This document shows positions 12,004-22,739 of a stretch of 42,094 bases of DNA, in pieces (position 1 is the stretch's first letter; each line of letters starts with the position of its first letter). The stretch is from positions 1 through 42,094 of the forward strand of contig NW_024705471.1 of the NCBI RefSeq assembly GCF_018977255.1, in the 5' to 3' direction. This DNA is from Callorhinchus milii. Its lineage: Eukaryota. Under the pieces are notes generated by a model, which made no database searches, was not told the DNA's origin, and saw nothing but the letters and a program-made list of their open reading frames with translations. Position numbers and translations under genes: made by a program.

Positions 12004-12073
12004 CAGGAACTCCAACGGTTGCAAGAATGGGGTAGTAAATTACTTCCACGTCATAAATGGTGAAATATACCAT
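12004..12073 (-). CDS. GPCR gene A exon 1 (N-terminus and first half of TM1), GPR139/GPR142-like class A receptor
   Basis: Minus strand reads ggaaaacATG...CCT G|gtaaga: 70 bp encoding MVYFTIYDVEVIYYPILATVGVP plus 1 nt. The YYP-x-LA-x-VG-x-P motif and phase-1 donor match exon 1 of genes B and C. Confidence 0.9.
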
Positions 12074-12153
12074 GTTTTCCAGCAGACAAGCACTCTTGCG
12101 TTTTTTGTGAAGGATGGCTTCTATGAACAGAATGAATTGGCAGCATGAAAAGA

Positions 12154-12193
12154 ACTTTATAATAACGGCAATCCTCCTGGGAAGAATTAATTG
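12154..12193 (-). promoter_or_regulatory. Candidate core promoter of gene A (homeodomain site, O/E-like site, TATA-like box)
   Basis: Minus strand CAATTAATTC-TTCCCAGGAG-12 bp-TATAAAG, about 80-120 bp upstream of the ATG. Confidence 0.4.
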
Positions 12194-12489
12194 GTATCAT
12201 CATCGATGTTATTTCACACTCATTGAACATATGTATTGCATGAAAAACAACTCTCTGACAGCGCAATGTTCTCAGATTGATTATTTCGAGCAACAATTTA
12301 TACCTGTAAAATTATTTTTTGACTGTTGCAATATTGAGACGTGACGTTCGCTGACAATTGCATCTTTTTTTAATGTAAATTGGATTCTTCTCTGATTATC
12401 AGTGCAGATTCACGTTTTCAAAAGCAGAGAGAGCCAAAGGTGGCCTAGTAGTTGGGGTCGACAGAGGGAGAGAGAAAGAGAGTATGTGA

Positions 12490-12507
12490 GCAAGAAAGCA
12501 AGAAAGC

Positions 12508-12563
<56 letters not shown>
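12490..12563. repeat. (AAAG)n microsatellite
   Basis: Direct read of tandem AAAG/AAGC units. Confidence 0.95.
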
Positions 12564-12871
12564 GATTATCATGTGACGATCCGATGACAAGATTGTGTTG
12601 AACACTATTGTATTTTGCAACACCATTCAGGATCTACTGGAGATCTGTTAACAGTTTCTTTACTTCCATTCAACACGTCACTTAATCCATCATAACAACC
12701 ATAACAATTTACGTTGAGTATTGTCTTTCATACCGGGAAGAGGACTCACATATATAAAGGATATTTGTGAACTAACGTGATGTTAAAATGCAAGGAATAC
12801 TATAGGGCAGAATATTAGTTTGTTAATACAACACTATGCAATATTCAAAGACGTAAATATTCTACAAAAAA

Positions 12872-13222
12872 TCCCCCCACCGTTCTGACCTCCTGTTTCC
12901 TCAAAACAATACACGTTGCCTTCGTTCCTCCGGGTCTGGCCTCCTCCTCGTCCCCCGATTACTCCGCTCCACATTCGGCGGCCGTGTCTTCAGCCACTGC
13001 GCCCGGAGGCTCCGGAACTGCCTTCCTCACTCCCTTCCCCTCGCTCCCGCCCTTCCCATTTTCAGGTCTCTGCTCAAGACCTTTGTATTCGAGCGCGAAT
13101 TTGGTCACATTCCCTCCCCTCCCACTGGCTCGGTCCCGTGATCCATTACGGTGAAGCGCTCTGAGACGCCGTCCGGCGTGGAGGGCGCTTGATACATCCA
13201 AGTTGTTGTTCTTGTTGTTGTG
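12872..13222 (+). mobile_element. L2-type LINE 3' end fragment
   Basis: Similar to the 3' region of the 7001-9110 element and ends in a (GTT)n tail. Confidence 0.75.
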
Positions 13223-13814
13223 AGCTGGAGCAGGAGGACATGGAAGCCTGTAACCCACATTGAATACATGGTAAAATAAAAAGGTCTAAAACATGAGAGC
13301 ATAACATTTTCTGGGCGACAGAATACCAAGGCACACCGAGCTTGCTTTCCACCATCGAGTTTACCTTCCAATCCATTGAGCGACAGAGACGTCTGTTGAC
13401 ACTTTTTGCAAGAAAAGTGCAGCTTTTGCTTGATATATTTGCTGTCACAAGCAATCCCTGGTTAATAAGGAACGACAACATCTGTAAATTAGATATTGAA
13501 AGGTAAAATCTGAATGCAAATAGATGGAAACACTGACCACAGTGTGACGTGGGATTGTTTGCTCATCAGGCTTCATGTTCTCCCACAACATACATTAAAA
13601 TGAAGTACAAATGGCCTTGAAATTTTATATGGATCCAATCAGCAACTAATTTAGGAACAACGTTTTTTGAAGAATAACATGAAATGTAGGTAGAAATATA
13701 AGAGTTACGTATTCGCAGATAGCTACCAGTTATTTTATTTAAACTGTGCTGGAATGCTTTGAAAATAAATATTGCGAGAAAGCTGACTGATGCTTGAAAA
13801 GGTTGTGGACGGAA

Positions 13815-13888
13815 GTTACTGTGGCGCAATTGGTCAGCGCGGTCGGCTGCTAACCGAAAGGTTGGTGGTTCAAACACACCCAGGGACG
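13815..13888 (+). tRNA. tRNA-Asn-derived gene with anticodon mutated to GCT; probable pseudogene
   Basis: The 74-nt sequence GTTACTGTGGCGCAATTGGTCAGCGCGGTCGGCTGCTAACCGAAAGGTTGGTGGTTCAAACACACCCAGGGACG closely follows vertebrate tRNA-Asn(GTT). It has mismatches in the acceptor stem, the first anticodon-stem pair and G53:C61. Confidence 0.8.
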
Positions 13889-14365
13889 GTCCTCTCTGGA
13901 CTAAATATATTATTCTTCAATTGCTTCCTAGCACGTGAATTAATTCCAGAGAAAACTTGATCGGCTCCGTTGTCTTTATTTTCAAAGTATTCCAAAACCC
14001 TCCTCACTTGGTTCATTGACAAATTGGAACATCTCTTACTTCGTCTTGGAATTCAACGACTTCCTTCCTCCTATGTTCCGGAAGCATTCGGAATTTAAAG
14101 AGAAATTACTTGCCGGAAGATATTTAATCGTGTCGATGAATGGCATTGCTGGACCGGGAGGAGTGAAACTAATCTACGCTGGAATCAAAGTGATCGAACG
14201 GCCAACGAAACAAACGCAATCTGAGGGTATTGTCTCATGAACAAAAACGTTGGCTTCCCGTTTGATCAATGGAAGAAGGAATAATTTTGTAAGCTTCTGC
14301 ACACAGCTCTTTCTGGTCAGAAATCACATCTGATCTGGACAGTGTACAAGCTGAAAAAGATCATT

Positions 14366-14449
14366 TGATAGCGGTTGGATCCGAGCCCACGTCCGCTTAG
14401 AAAATGGAGCCTGTATTCAGCGCCTTAGACAGCTGGGCCACGGTCTACC
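14366..14449 (-). pseudogene. tRNA-Leu pseudogene (AAG/TAG-type body, loop now reads CAG)
   Basis: Minus strand GGTAGACCGTGGCCCAGCTGTCTAAGGCGCTGAATACAGGCTCCATTTTCTAAGCGGACGTGGGCTCGGATCCAACCGCTATCA resembles tRNA-Leu with a long variable arm. A T5 tract follows at 14354-14358. The B-box is degenerate. Confidence 0.7.
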
Positions 14450-14555
14450 TTGTTTGTGAAAAATGACGATAATTGAGATTGAGTGCGGTGGAGTTATCGA
14501 GCTGGAATTCCAGAAGCTGGTGCCTTGTGAATGAAGGTCGAAATGTTTGCCTGCA

Positions 14556-14790
14556 CCTGTACAGGAAACACAAGGAAGGTAATTGTTATCTCAGTGCAGG
14601 AACTGGGCAAGAAACATAGATAAATTCAGTGTCAGCACAGTGCAGGGGGTGGGCAAGAAACGGAGAGAAGTTCAGCGTTAGCTCAGTGCAGGAGGTGGGC
14701 TGAGAAAAAACAGTGAAGGTAAGTGTTAGATCAGTGCAGGAAGTGGGCAGAGACACACAGGGAAGGTCAGTGTTAGCTCAGTGCAGGAAG
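14556..14790. repeat. Degenerate 46-48 bp minisatellite, about 5 copies
   Basis: The CAGTGCAGG core recurs at about 14592, 14638, 14684, 14732 and 14779. Confidence 0.85.
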
Positions 14791-14944
14791 CGAGAAGACT
14801 GCGCATGTAAGCAAACCAGAAAGAGATGGTGGTGCTGCGGCGTGAAATCCCTGACCTTAAAGCCGGCCATTCAAGTACTTTCAGTGAGATGTGGGGTGAT
14901 GTGGTGCGCTGTTTCTTGTGGTTGAGGGTATGGAGTGACAGTTG

Positions 14945-15790
14945 GGTAAAGGTTTGGCAGACATCAAGTCCTGGACAGGAGCCAACTTCTTCCGGATTAA
15001 TATTGGCAAGACAGAGGCACTTCTGGGCTACGATCAGCGCCTCCTCAGCTCAGGCGCTGAAAAGTATCACCTTTCATGGTTGCACACTACACCTCAGGAG
15101 CGAATACTGAACCTCGGAGACCTGTTCTACCATCTGCTGTCCATCAAACCCCACATTGGTGCCGTGACCTGCTCCGCCTTTGCCCACCTCCGCTACATTT
15201 CCAGCATCCGCCATTGCCTCTCACCACACACTGCAGTGACCCTTATCATCGCTTTCGTCACGTATCGACTTGACTGCATCAACTGTCTGCTCGCTGGACT
15301 CCCCAAATCTTCACTCCATGAGCTGCATGTTATTAAGAACTCTGCAGCTGGTGTCCTCCCCATCCCTCAGAGAATTGAGTAGAGAATCCTCGTGCATACA
15401 TACCTTCAATGATATTCCATGATACTGCCCCACAACACTTCTGATGGTCTAATTCCATAACAGCCTGCCCTCTCCCTTTGCCAGGTGGACACCTGCTTCA
15501 GTTCCCTTGCAATTTCTGCCTCATCATTGCGTTCAGGCATTCAGCATATCTACCCCCTGTCTCCAGAACTATATCCCAAAATCCAATCCTTCCACCTTAC
15601 AATCTATATTGCCACCTGCAAGTCGCTTCCGAAGAACTGCTCTTCTGCTACAACTTATCAAACCTCCCAACCCCTTGCCCTCCAGCTCTCCAGAACCCAA
15701 CTGTGGCTCGGGCTAAAATCCATTACTTCTGCTACGTACTGGAATGTCTTTCTGACGTAAATCGTCCTTCACAAAGGTAATTTTTTGTTT
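14945..15790 (+). mobile_element. Decayed L2 LINE 3' fragment
   Basis: ORF 14942..15382 contains LADIKSWTGANFFRINIGKTEALL..RLDCINCLLAGLP, homologous to the C-terminal part of the 7373..8695 ORF. Confidence 0.85.
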
Positions 15791-16351
15791 TGTTACGTGT
15801 ATCTCCATCCGTCTGTTTGTCTGACTACAAGTGTTGTATATATACCTATGTATATCTATCTGTCTGTGTACGTCTGCCTGTGCCTTTCTTTGACTATGTA
15901 TATATCTCTCCGTGTCTCTGTCTGTCTATCTATGTGTATCTCCTCTTATCGGTTTGAAAGGCAATGACATAAATTTTGCAGACTTCATTCCTCTGTTTTG
16001 GCCGCCGGTTCACCCAAGCCTGGGCTTCGGCAAACACACTGCCACTCTGAGTGTAGGCCAGATGGTGGTGTACAGCGAGGCAGGTTCTGTGCCTTCTCCC
16101 ATCAAATCCACAATGTTGGGGTTTGAGGTGGCAGGATAGACTGTTGTGTCAGAATAATCTCCACAGTTTTCGCTTGATCAGCACTGAATCAACTGTAGAA
16201 ATGGATCATTGTGTTTGATCATTTCTATTTCTCTCCTTCTGTAGCAAACCTCGTGCCAAATGTGATCCTGTCTCGAGTGTGGTGATCTCTTCCCAAACGT
16301 GTTTTCCTCTATCTTGCGGCCCAGTCTGATTTGATGGTGAATTTCCCCATT

Positions 16352-16681
16352 GAGTGGGAAATGGTCAGGGTGAGGGTTGGGAAGAGATGGAGCGAGGAGG
16401 GGGTGGAGAGTCGAGATGGGAGCTGAAAGCACGGTCAAATAGAAAGGTCTTGAGACCGGCCTTGAAGGCGGAAAGGGAGAAGGCAAGGCGAAGTCACTGG
16501 GGATAGAGTTCCAGAGCCAAGGATTGAGAGGCTAAAGGCCCGGCCACCGATGGTAGGGCGGTTGGGGCGGGAGATGTGGAGCAGATCGGAGTCAGAGGAA
16601 CGGAGGGTACGGGCAGTTAGGTCGGCGGATATTAGGTTACAGAGGTCGGAGGGAGCAAGGCCGTGAAAGTCCTTGTAGGTG
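16352..16681 (-). mobile_element. L2 LINE 3' fragment
   Basis: YKDFHGLAPSDL..RTLRSSDSDLL..IGGRAFS is the end of L2 ORF2. Confidence 0.8.
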
Positions 16682-17240
16682 CAGCAAAGCATTTTCTGTT
16701 ATTTTGCCTTTCAACTCGAGTAAATAGTAAATAATATACTATGGGAGTATGAATATCAAGGAAGCTGTGACTTCTCTCGCGTGCGCAGTGTCTGATCTTA
16801 TCGACTTTATGTATATCGCGATTCTCCTTTTCGTTCTGAATTTGCAGCTCAAAACCCCGACTCTCAGGCACACACTGGGGGTCAGTCAATCCCCCAGGAG
16901 TTAGTGGACACAAAGCAACGGGTTGTGCGACTGTCAGTGATCCGGAGGTGCAAGATCGAAGGAAATCCATTATTTCCTTTTTGCTATACCCACAAATTTT
17001 GGATTGTAACATACGGCATATCCACTGTGTTTCTTTTACAGGATGATTTCAATCAGAAGCTCAAATGACCCAATTCATTTATTTTTTGTACCTGTTCTAT
17101 CAAACGGACTACATCCTAGTGTGATTGAGTTCGCGTACGCACAAGTTTATTTCCGTGGATCCCCTGATTAAATTCAGAGAGGACCTTAAAAGTCGTTTGT
17201 TGTTCATTTATTTTAATCGCTAAAGTATTTCATTGCCAAA
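16682..17240 (+). pseudogene. Degraded GPR139-like receptor pseudogene fragment (end of TM4 to C-terminus)
   Basis: Manual translation across stops and frameshifts gives QSIFCYFAFQLE*IVNNILW, LLFVLNLQLKTPTLRH, DPEVQDRRKSII and QTDYILV*LSSRTHKFISVDPLIKFREDLK. These are colinear with gene A segments QSIPWYFVF..IINN, DPEMEKRRKSII and QTGFMLKLLSSCTNTFIYAVTQTKFREDLK. The 5' side abuts an L2 fragment. Confidence 0.8.
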
Positions 17241-18300
17241 CTTTGCCCTAAGCGATGTCTTTTGGGGAATAGAAATTCATCAGATATTGACCATCCAACT
17301 TGCCAGGACAAGGTCTCTCTTCAATAACGGTCCAACGTAACAGACCAGTCAGAGAAGCAGTAAATCGCCCTCTACACTATAAGATTTCGGTAATTTCCCC
17401 CCTGTAACTTTGCAGCTGCTTATTGGGCGAAGGATTCGTTGTTGCTGGGTGGCGATTCTCGATTTGGGAGTTGACAAATGACTAAAAATTTCAGAAGTTT
17501 CATGTTGAAATCCCGGGTGAGCGCGCATTTTAGTCGCTTTTTCTCCACTATTTTAATGCAACCGTATTTTCAAAATAATACATTATTACATGTGCTGCAG
17601 GAGGCAGGTGCTAATTGAAGTAATGGTAATTAAATCTGTTTGGAAAACACTCTAATTCCCGAGACAGTATCAGGGTCCGCATAATTCCGAAGCCCGTGTC
17701 CTTTCCCACACAAAATACCAGAGCCCATCATCTTCGCTGGGTTCCTTTGCCTCTCCATCCCCATCTGAGACAGTTCTGGGTCCCCGTCTTATCTTTAAAT
17801 GGTCGCAGTCAAAATCTACTCCAACTCTTCGAACCCTATGGACTGAGCCACTCACTTGCCTCTGGAGGCACAGACTTGCTTCATTTCCCAGCTTCATCCC
17901 GCCCGACATCAGCGGGGGAGATTTAAATCTTTCTGCAGCTTCATTCCACTGACCATCTGTCTCAATCTCTTCCTCCCCATGTCCACGATCAGACTGAAAA
18001 CCTCACTTTGGACTTTTGATAACCATACCCTTCCTAGAATGCCTCAAATCCTAACGCTAAAACAAACGCCCAGCCAGCAATATATTAAGAATATTATCTC
18101 TAGTATTCGAGATATCACCTTTTCCCGTCTTCGATTCGTCTCAAAGGACTCCACCGTATATTCTGAAGTGGATTGAATATGTATTTTGTGGGCGAAAAGC
18201 TGCAGATTATGGCGCATAGCATTTTTCTACAAACGTTCGTAGATTGAGTTACTATTTTATTATTAATATTTTGTTTGACGGAATATTTACCCCGTAAAAG
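17110..18300 (+). repeat. Inverted paralog of window 1-1226 (pseudogene 3' end plus downstream flank)
   Basis: Colinear reverse-complement similarity, for example GTTTGGAAAACACTCTAATTCCCGAGAC at 17638 vs 634-661. Confidence 0.88.
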
Positions 18301-19965
18301 CAATCCAGCAATCGACTAGCCACCGGATGCAAACAGAGGCGAATCGAGCAAGGAAACTCACCCTCTGTTTTGTGCTGACGGAAATCGATCCCAGGTCTTT
18401 CATCAGCTGTCGTACTCAGCCTCAGAATTTCCTCACAATGCTATTCCATGGCCTTCCTATGCAATAGCCACTTCCCCTTCCCACTCACAGCTCGGAGTCG
18501 AGCTCCATCACTGTCAAGCTCTCTGTTGCGCTACGTTGCGTGAGGTGGTCTTTGCAAATGCAAGTTATTAGTGTTGTTGTTTTTGAAAACATATCCTTTC
18601 TAAAAGAAAATAAAGAACGCAAGGATTACTATTATTATCATTTTATTATTAATTTGCGAAGCACCTTGGGACGTCAAGAAGACGTGATAAGCGCTATATC
18701 AAATGCTAGGATGATGATTATTATTATTAAAATTTGAGTGTCCAGTCCAACAAAGCCCATGACATGCATTGATTTCCTTTCCGATCAAGTGAGTAAAAAC
18801 AATGAATGGGCTGAAACTCTTTAGGATGACTGAATCCTCGGAAACTGAGGCAACTGCGACGTGAGTTTGATTGACCTGAGATGCGCGACCTCATCCTCTG
18901 TAGAAATCTCTGTGCGGCGAGAAAAGAGTATTTAAATCTGTTTATTCAAAACTACCTGTGCCCTTTGGAGCTGAGCTGAGCTTGAAACCCATGGATCCAT
19001 GGAAAGTAGATTTCAATAACATGTCTCACAAATCAGTTAGATGCATAAACAGTGTGTGTACAACTTCAGCAAAACTGCCATACATGTGTGATGCGAGCTT
19101 GTTTAGTTCATAGCACGGACACCCCCCAATCAAACATTCCCGTGACACTTCCCCAAAGTAAACCAATCCAATGCTCTATAATTCGTGTGTGAACGTAAAT
19201 GGGTTATTCTCTTATTGGCGGACAGAGAGACAGAAAGCCATTTCGTCTTTATTAGTATAGATGTATTTTTCTGGAGGAGAGTGTGATTTTCTCTGTCGCT
19301 AGTTTGTTACAGAATACCACGCAAAGCTCAATTTTTGCGGCTTAATTAAAAAATTATTAGATATAGCTCATCAACAATCGAAGATCCCTTAATAGTAATA
19401 TACCAATAATGCACGCCAATGCAAGTTCTTTCTGACGATGTATCAGTCATGTCTCGACATGAATCGGTTATTGCGGTCTTGGCGGACAGGCAAACCGACA
19501 AACATTTTTTCTTTATTATTATAGATAAAAAGAGGGAGCCCTAAATCAGAGGAAATGATGTCACTCTTCTTTTATGCTTTACAGCTTATTTATTTAATAG
19601 AAGGAAAAGTGGGTAGAGATTTTCAATGATTAATTTAACAGGGTTACAATAGCAGGGTTACAATTGATAGTATAATAACAGTATCCTGAAACATAGCATG
19701 TCACTTGAGGTTTAAATAACTAACAAACTTAAAATATCTTAATTGAAGCAATAACTAAAAGTTGACACATTTCTGATCTTAACAACGAGGACAGATTTGA
19801 AGCGGTGAAGGTGCGGACATGTACCAGAACCATTATTTGACACAACAAATATTTTCATCAACGGCGGTTTCCAGGATAATCCGTGTAACAAATACGATTA
19901 TAAATGTATGGGTGAAAAGTTTGTTTTTCTGGTGTAACGTGTGCTACTGTTTGTCTTCTCCCTTT

Positions 19966-20873
19966 TCAATATTTCAAACATTTAGTAATTATTGTGAAAG
20001 GATATTTAATTGCATTTTTCAGTTCTTCCCTGAATTTGGTCTGGGTGACCGCATAGATGGCTGTGTTTGTGCAGGAACTCAGCAGCTGAAGCATAAAACC
20101 CGTTTGTTCAAATAGTCTTAAAGGGTTAATTAAACCTCTGGATTTGTACAACTGTTTAACGCTGTATTGTATATAATGAGCAACAGATGTCACCCACAAC
20201 AATATGAAACTGAGTGATACAGTGAACAGTAAAATTATGGATTTCTTTCTGTTTTCCATTTGCGGATCACTGCGGCGATCAGCGCTGGTGCTGCAGACCC
20301 GCAATCTGGTGCGGACTCGACTGGCCACAAGAATGTGTCTGACGGTCAGAGCGTTGAGCATCAAAATCAACACGAATGGGAGCAAAGGGACCAAAATCTG
20401 TTCAAACCAATAAAATGTAATCCACGCGGGCTGATAGAGAAGGTTTGGTTTGACAAGGCAGCCCCAGGGCAAGTTATGAATTTTAACGTAACGATGGAAT
20501 GTAAAATACAAGGGAATATTTTCCAAGCAGAGCAGCGCAATTAAAGTCCAAATAACAACAGACGCTGTTCCATCAGTGCAGTATATTTGTTTCAGTTTCT
20601 GACAACAGATGGCCACAAAGCGATCAAAGGTGAAAGCCACAGTTAGCCACACAGCAGAGTCCACGGCGGCTGCAGAGATGACATGAATGAAGCTGCAGAC
20701 AGGAGTATAGAACAAATATGAGTTAAGTAAATAAATCACACCAATCTGTTTCAGGATTACTTCGGAGACAATGACTGACAGATCCGCCGCTGCCATGGCC
20801 ACCAGGTAGCGGGTGATACATTTGGAGAGTCCGCAATTTCCTCGGGAGAGGATCCGAATCGCCAGTAAATTAA
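19966..20873 (-). CDS. GPCR gene B exon 2; spliced product 326 aa, GPR139/GPR142-like
   Basis: Acceptor ttttttcttgcag|TTAAT. The 908-bp exon is in frame with ORF 19966..20802: VNLLAIRILSRGNCGLSKCITRYLVAMAAADL...FDRF...SSCTNTAIY. Intron 20874-21367. Confidence 0.93.
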
Positions 20874-21367
20874 CTGCAAGAAAAAAAAACAGACAATTTA
20901 ATTAAAACCTGACCTGCGGAGTAAAATGCTGACCAATTTGTCAGTAAAAACATCAGTGAAACAATCATAAAGTGAAATTAAGCGGTGCTAACGTGTTCTA
21001 ATAGGGAGTTGTTTATAACAGAATTAAGCCATTAAAAAACGGTACACCAGGCTTGTTCAGTGACAAGTTAAATTTAGTGTATTACTGTGCAGAAAAGGAG
21101 AGAACTTCAAGGAATGCGATAGGTAAATCAGTGGGCACGAGTCAAAGGCGAGGAAGGCATTTGAGCAGCGTTGCATTGATATGCGGGGAGCACAAGTGTG
21201 CTGGACCATGGGGAGAGATCGAGATAGTAGGGCAAGTGGAGTATGGAAACTTGCCGAACGTTTACCCTTGATGGGACACGAACGCAGACCTGTTGCTTGC
21301 TCGGAGAGTGGTCTAAAGCCTGAGCTACAGGAAACCAGCAGTAATTTCTAGCAGTGATTTAACTCAC

Positions 21368-21440
21368 CAGGAATTCCAACTGCTGCAAGAACAGGATAAT
21401 AAATTTCTTGTATATTCAAAAGTTTAGATCGTCGTGGCAT
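21368..21440 (-). CDS. GPCR gene B exon 1
   Basis: gaaagATG...CCT G|gtgagt: 73 bp encoding MPRRSKLLNIQEIYYPVLAAVGIP plus 1 nt. Confidence 0.92.
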
Positions 21441-21504
21441 CTTTCACAGCAGCGATACCGTTTGCTGAGATAGAGCAGCACTTTCTGCCACGTTGTAAGG
21501 CTGT

Positions 21505-21540
21505 CACATATTTGTAGCCTTTGGGAAACTCCATGGAGAT
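21505..21540 (-). promoter_or_regulatory. Candidate core promoter of gene B (O/E-like palindrome plus TATA-like box)
   Basis: CTCCATGGAG at 21529-21538, 12 bp, then TACAAATA on the minus strand. Conserved with gene C. Confidence 0.35.
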
Positions 21541-22739
21541 TGAGATATGATGTGATCATCGCATTCGTAATGGATGGTGGAACAAACAACTTCAGACACG
21601 TCAGCAATATGTTTCAGTTCTCATTTTCCTGCATTCTTATCATTGTGTAACTCAAAATCTATTGTGCAGCAAAATCTGTTCAATAAGGAAGTTAGATTCC
21701 ATAAATTAGATGAGCAAATGCTTTTATTTGTGACCTCGACATTTTATTTTTTATGCGCATGTGACTGATGTTGCAATTCATCTGAGGTTTAACTGCTCTC
21801 CTGGTTGATACATTTGGTCAATATACAGAGAGCAGGAAAAGGTCAAATGATACAATACAATACAAAATTCCATTTGTATAACGGCTTTCACATCGGAATG
21901 GATCCCAAGGCGCTGGAAAATCAGGGATTTTCACCTGAGCTGTGGTTCCGGATTCGGGAGGATGGAGGGCAGGGCCTGTAAGAGGGGTGAACAAAGTCTT
22001 CGTAAAACTGGAGAGTATAGAGTCTCAATTCAAGGAAGCAAGAAATTAATGTGGGATAGAGTTCCATGGGTAGGGGCAGAAAGGCTGAAGGCACCACCGC
22101 CGATAGTGGGGTGAATCTCGGTGGGGGCTGCTCGTGTAAAATGCCAGAGCTTGTTAAGCAGAGTGAGAAACAGGTTGTTATGGGGTCAGCAGAACGCAGA
22201 AATGAGGATGTGTAATTTCGTAAGTATACGTAGGACCAAGGTCCAAAACATTCTCCTTTGTGTTTCCATACTCTTGTGTTTAATGGAGAGATCTTGCTGT
22301 TGCCCATTTCCAAAGGCTAGGATCAGTGATTTGCATCGGTGATAAATATGGGAACCTGCCCTGCCAGAGGGAGGTAAGCGCTTCGGCCAGTAATGACCTG
22401 TTGATGGAGGCGCTGTCAGTTTGGAGTTTGAAACATGTGTGCGACTAAAACCCCTCATAAGAGGCCCCATATTTAACGTGTCAACAAGAACAGCAATTTG
22501 AATTGGCACAGCATCACATTGCAATGCTTGGTACTGGCGGAGCTCAACGCCGAGATGTTGGGGAAGTCAAGGGGTCAAAGTAGGCAGAGTGGATTAGTAA
22601 TGTCTTCAGGCTCCACCTGTTCAAGTGGAGGGAAGGAGCAAGACGGAATAATAGATGAAGGGTGTTTTGGATACAGATTGGCTGCGTCGTGGGAAGAGTA
22701 TTCACCAATCGTGGAACAGCGGACATGCAGAAGGCCTGG

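Noticed and set aside
20204..20544. Antisense ORFs over receptor genes (also 41069..41353 and 10018..10275)
   Set aside because: Shadows of the conserved GPCR coding strand.
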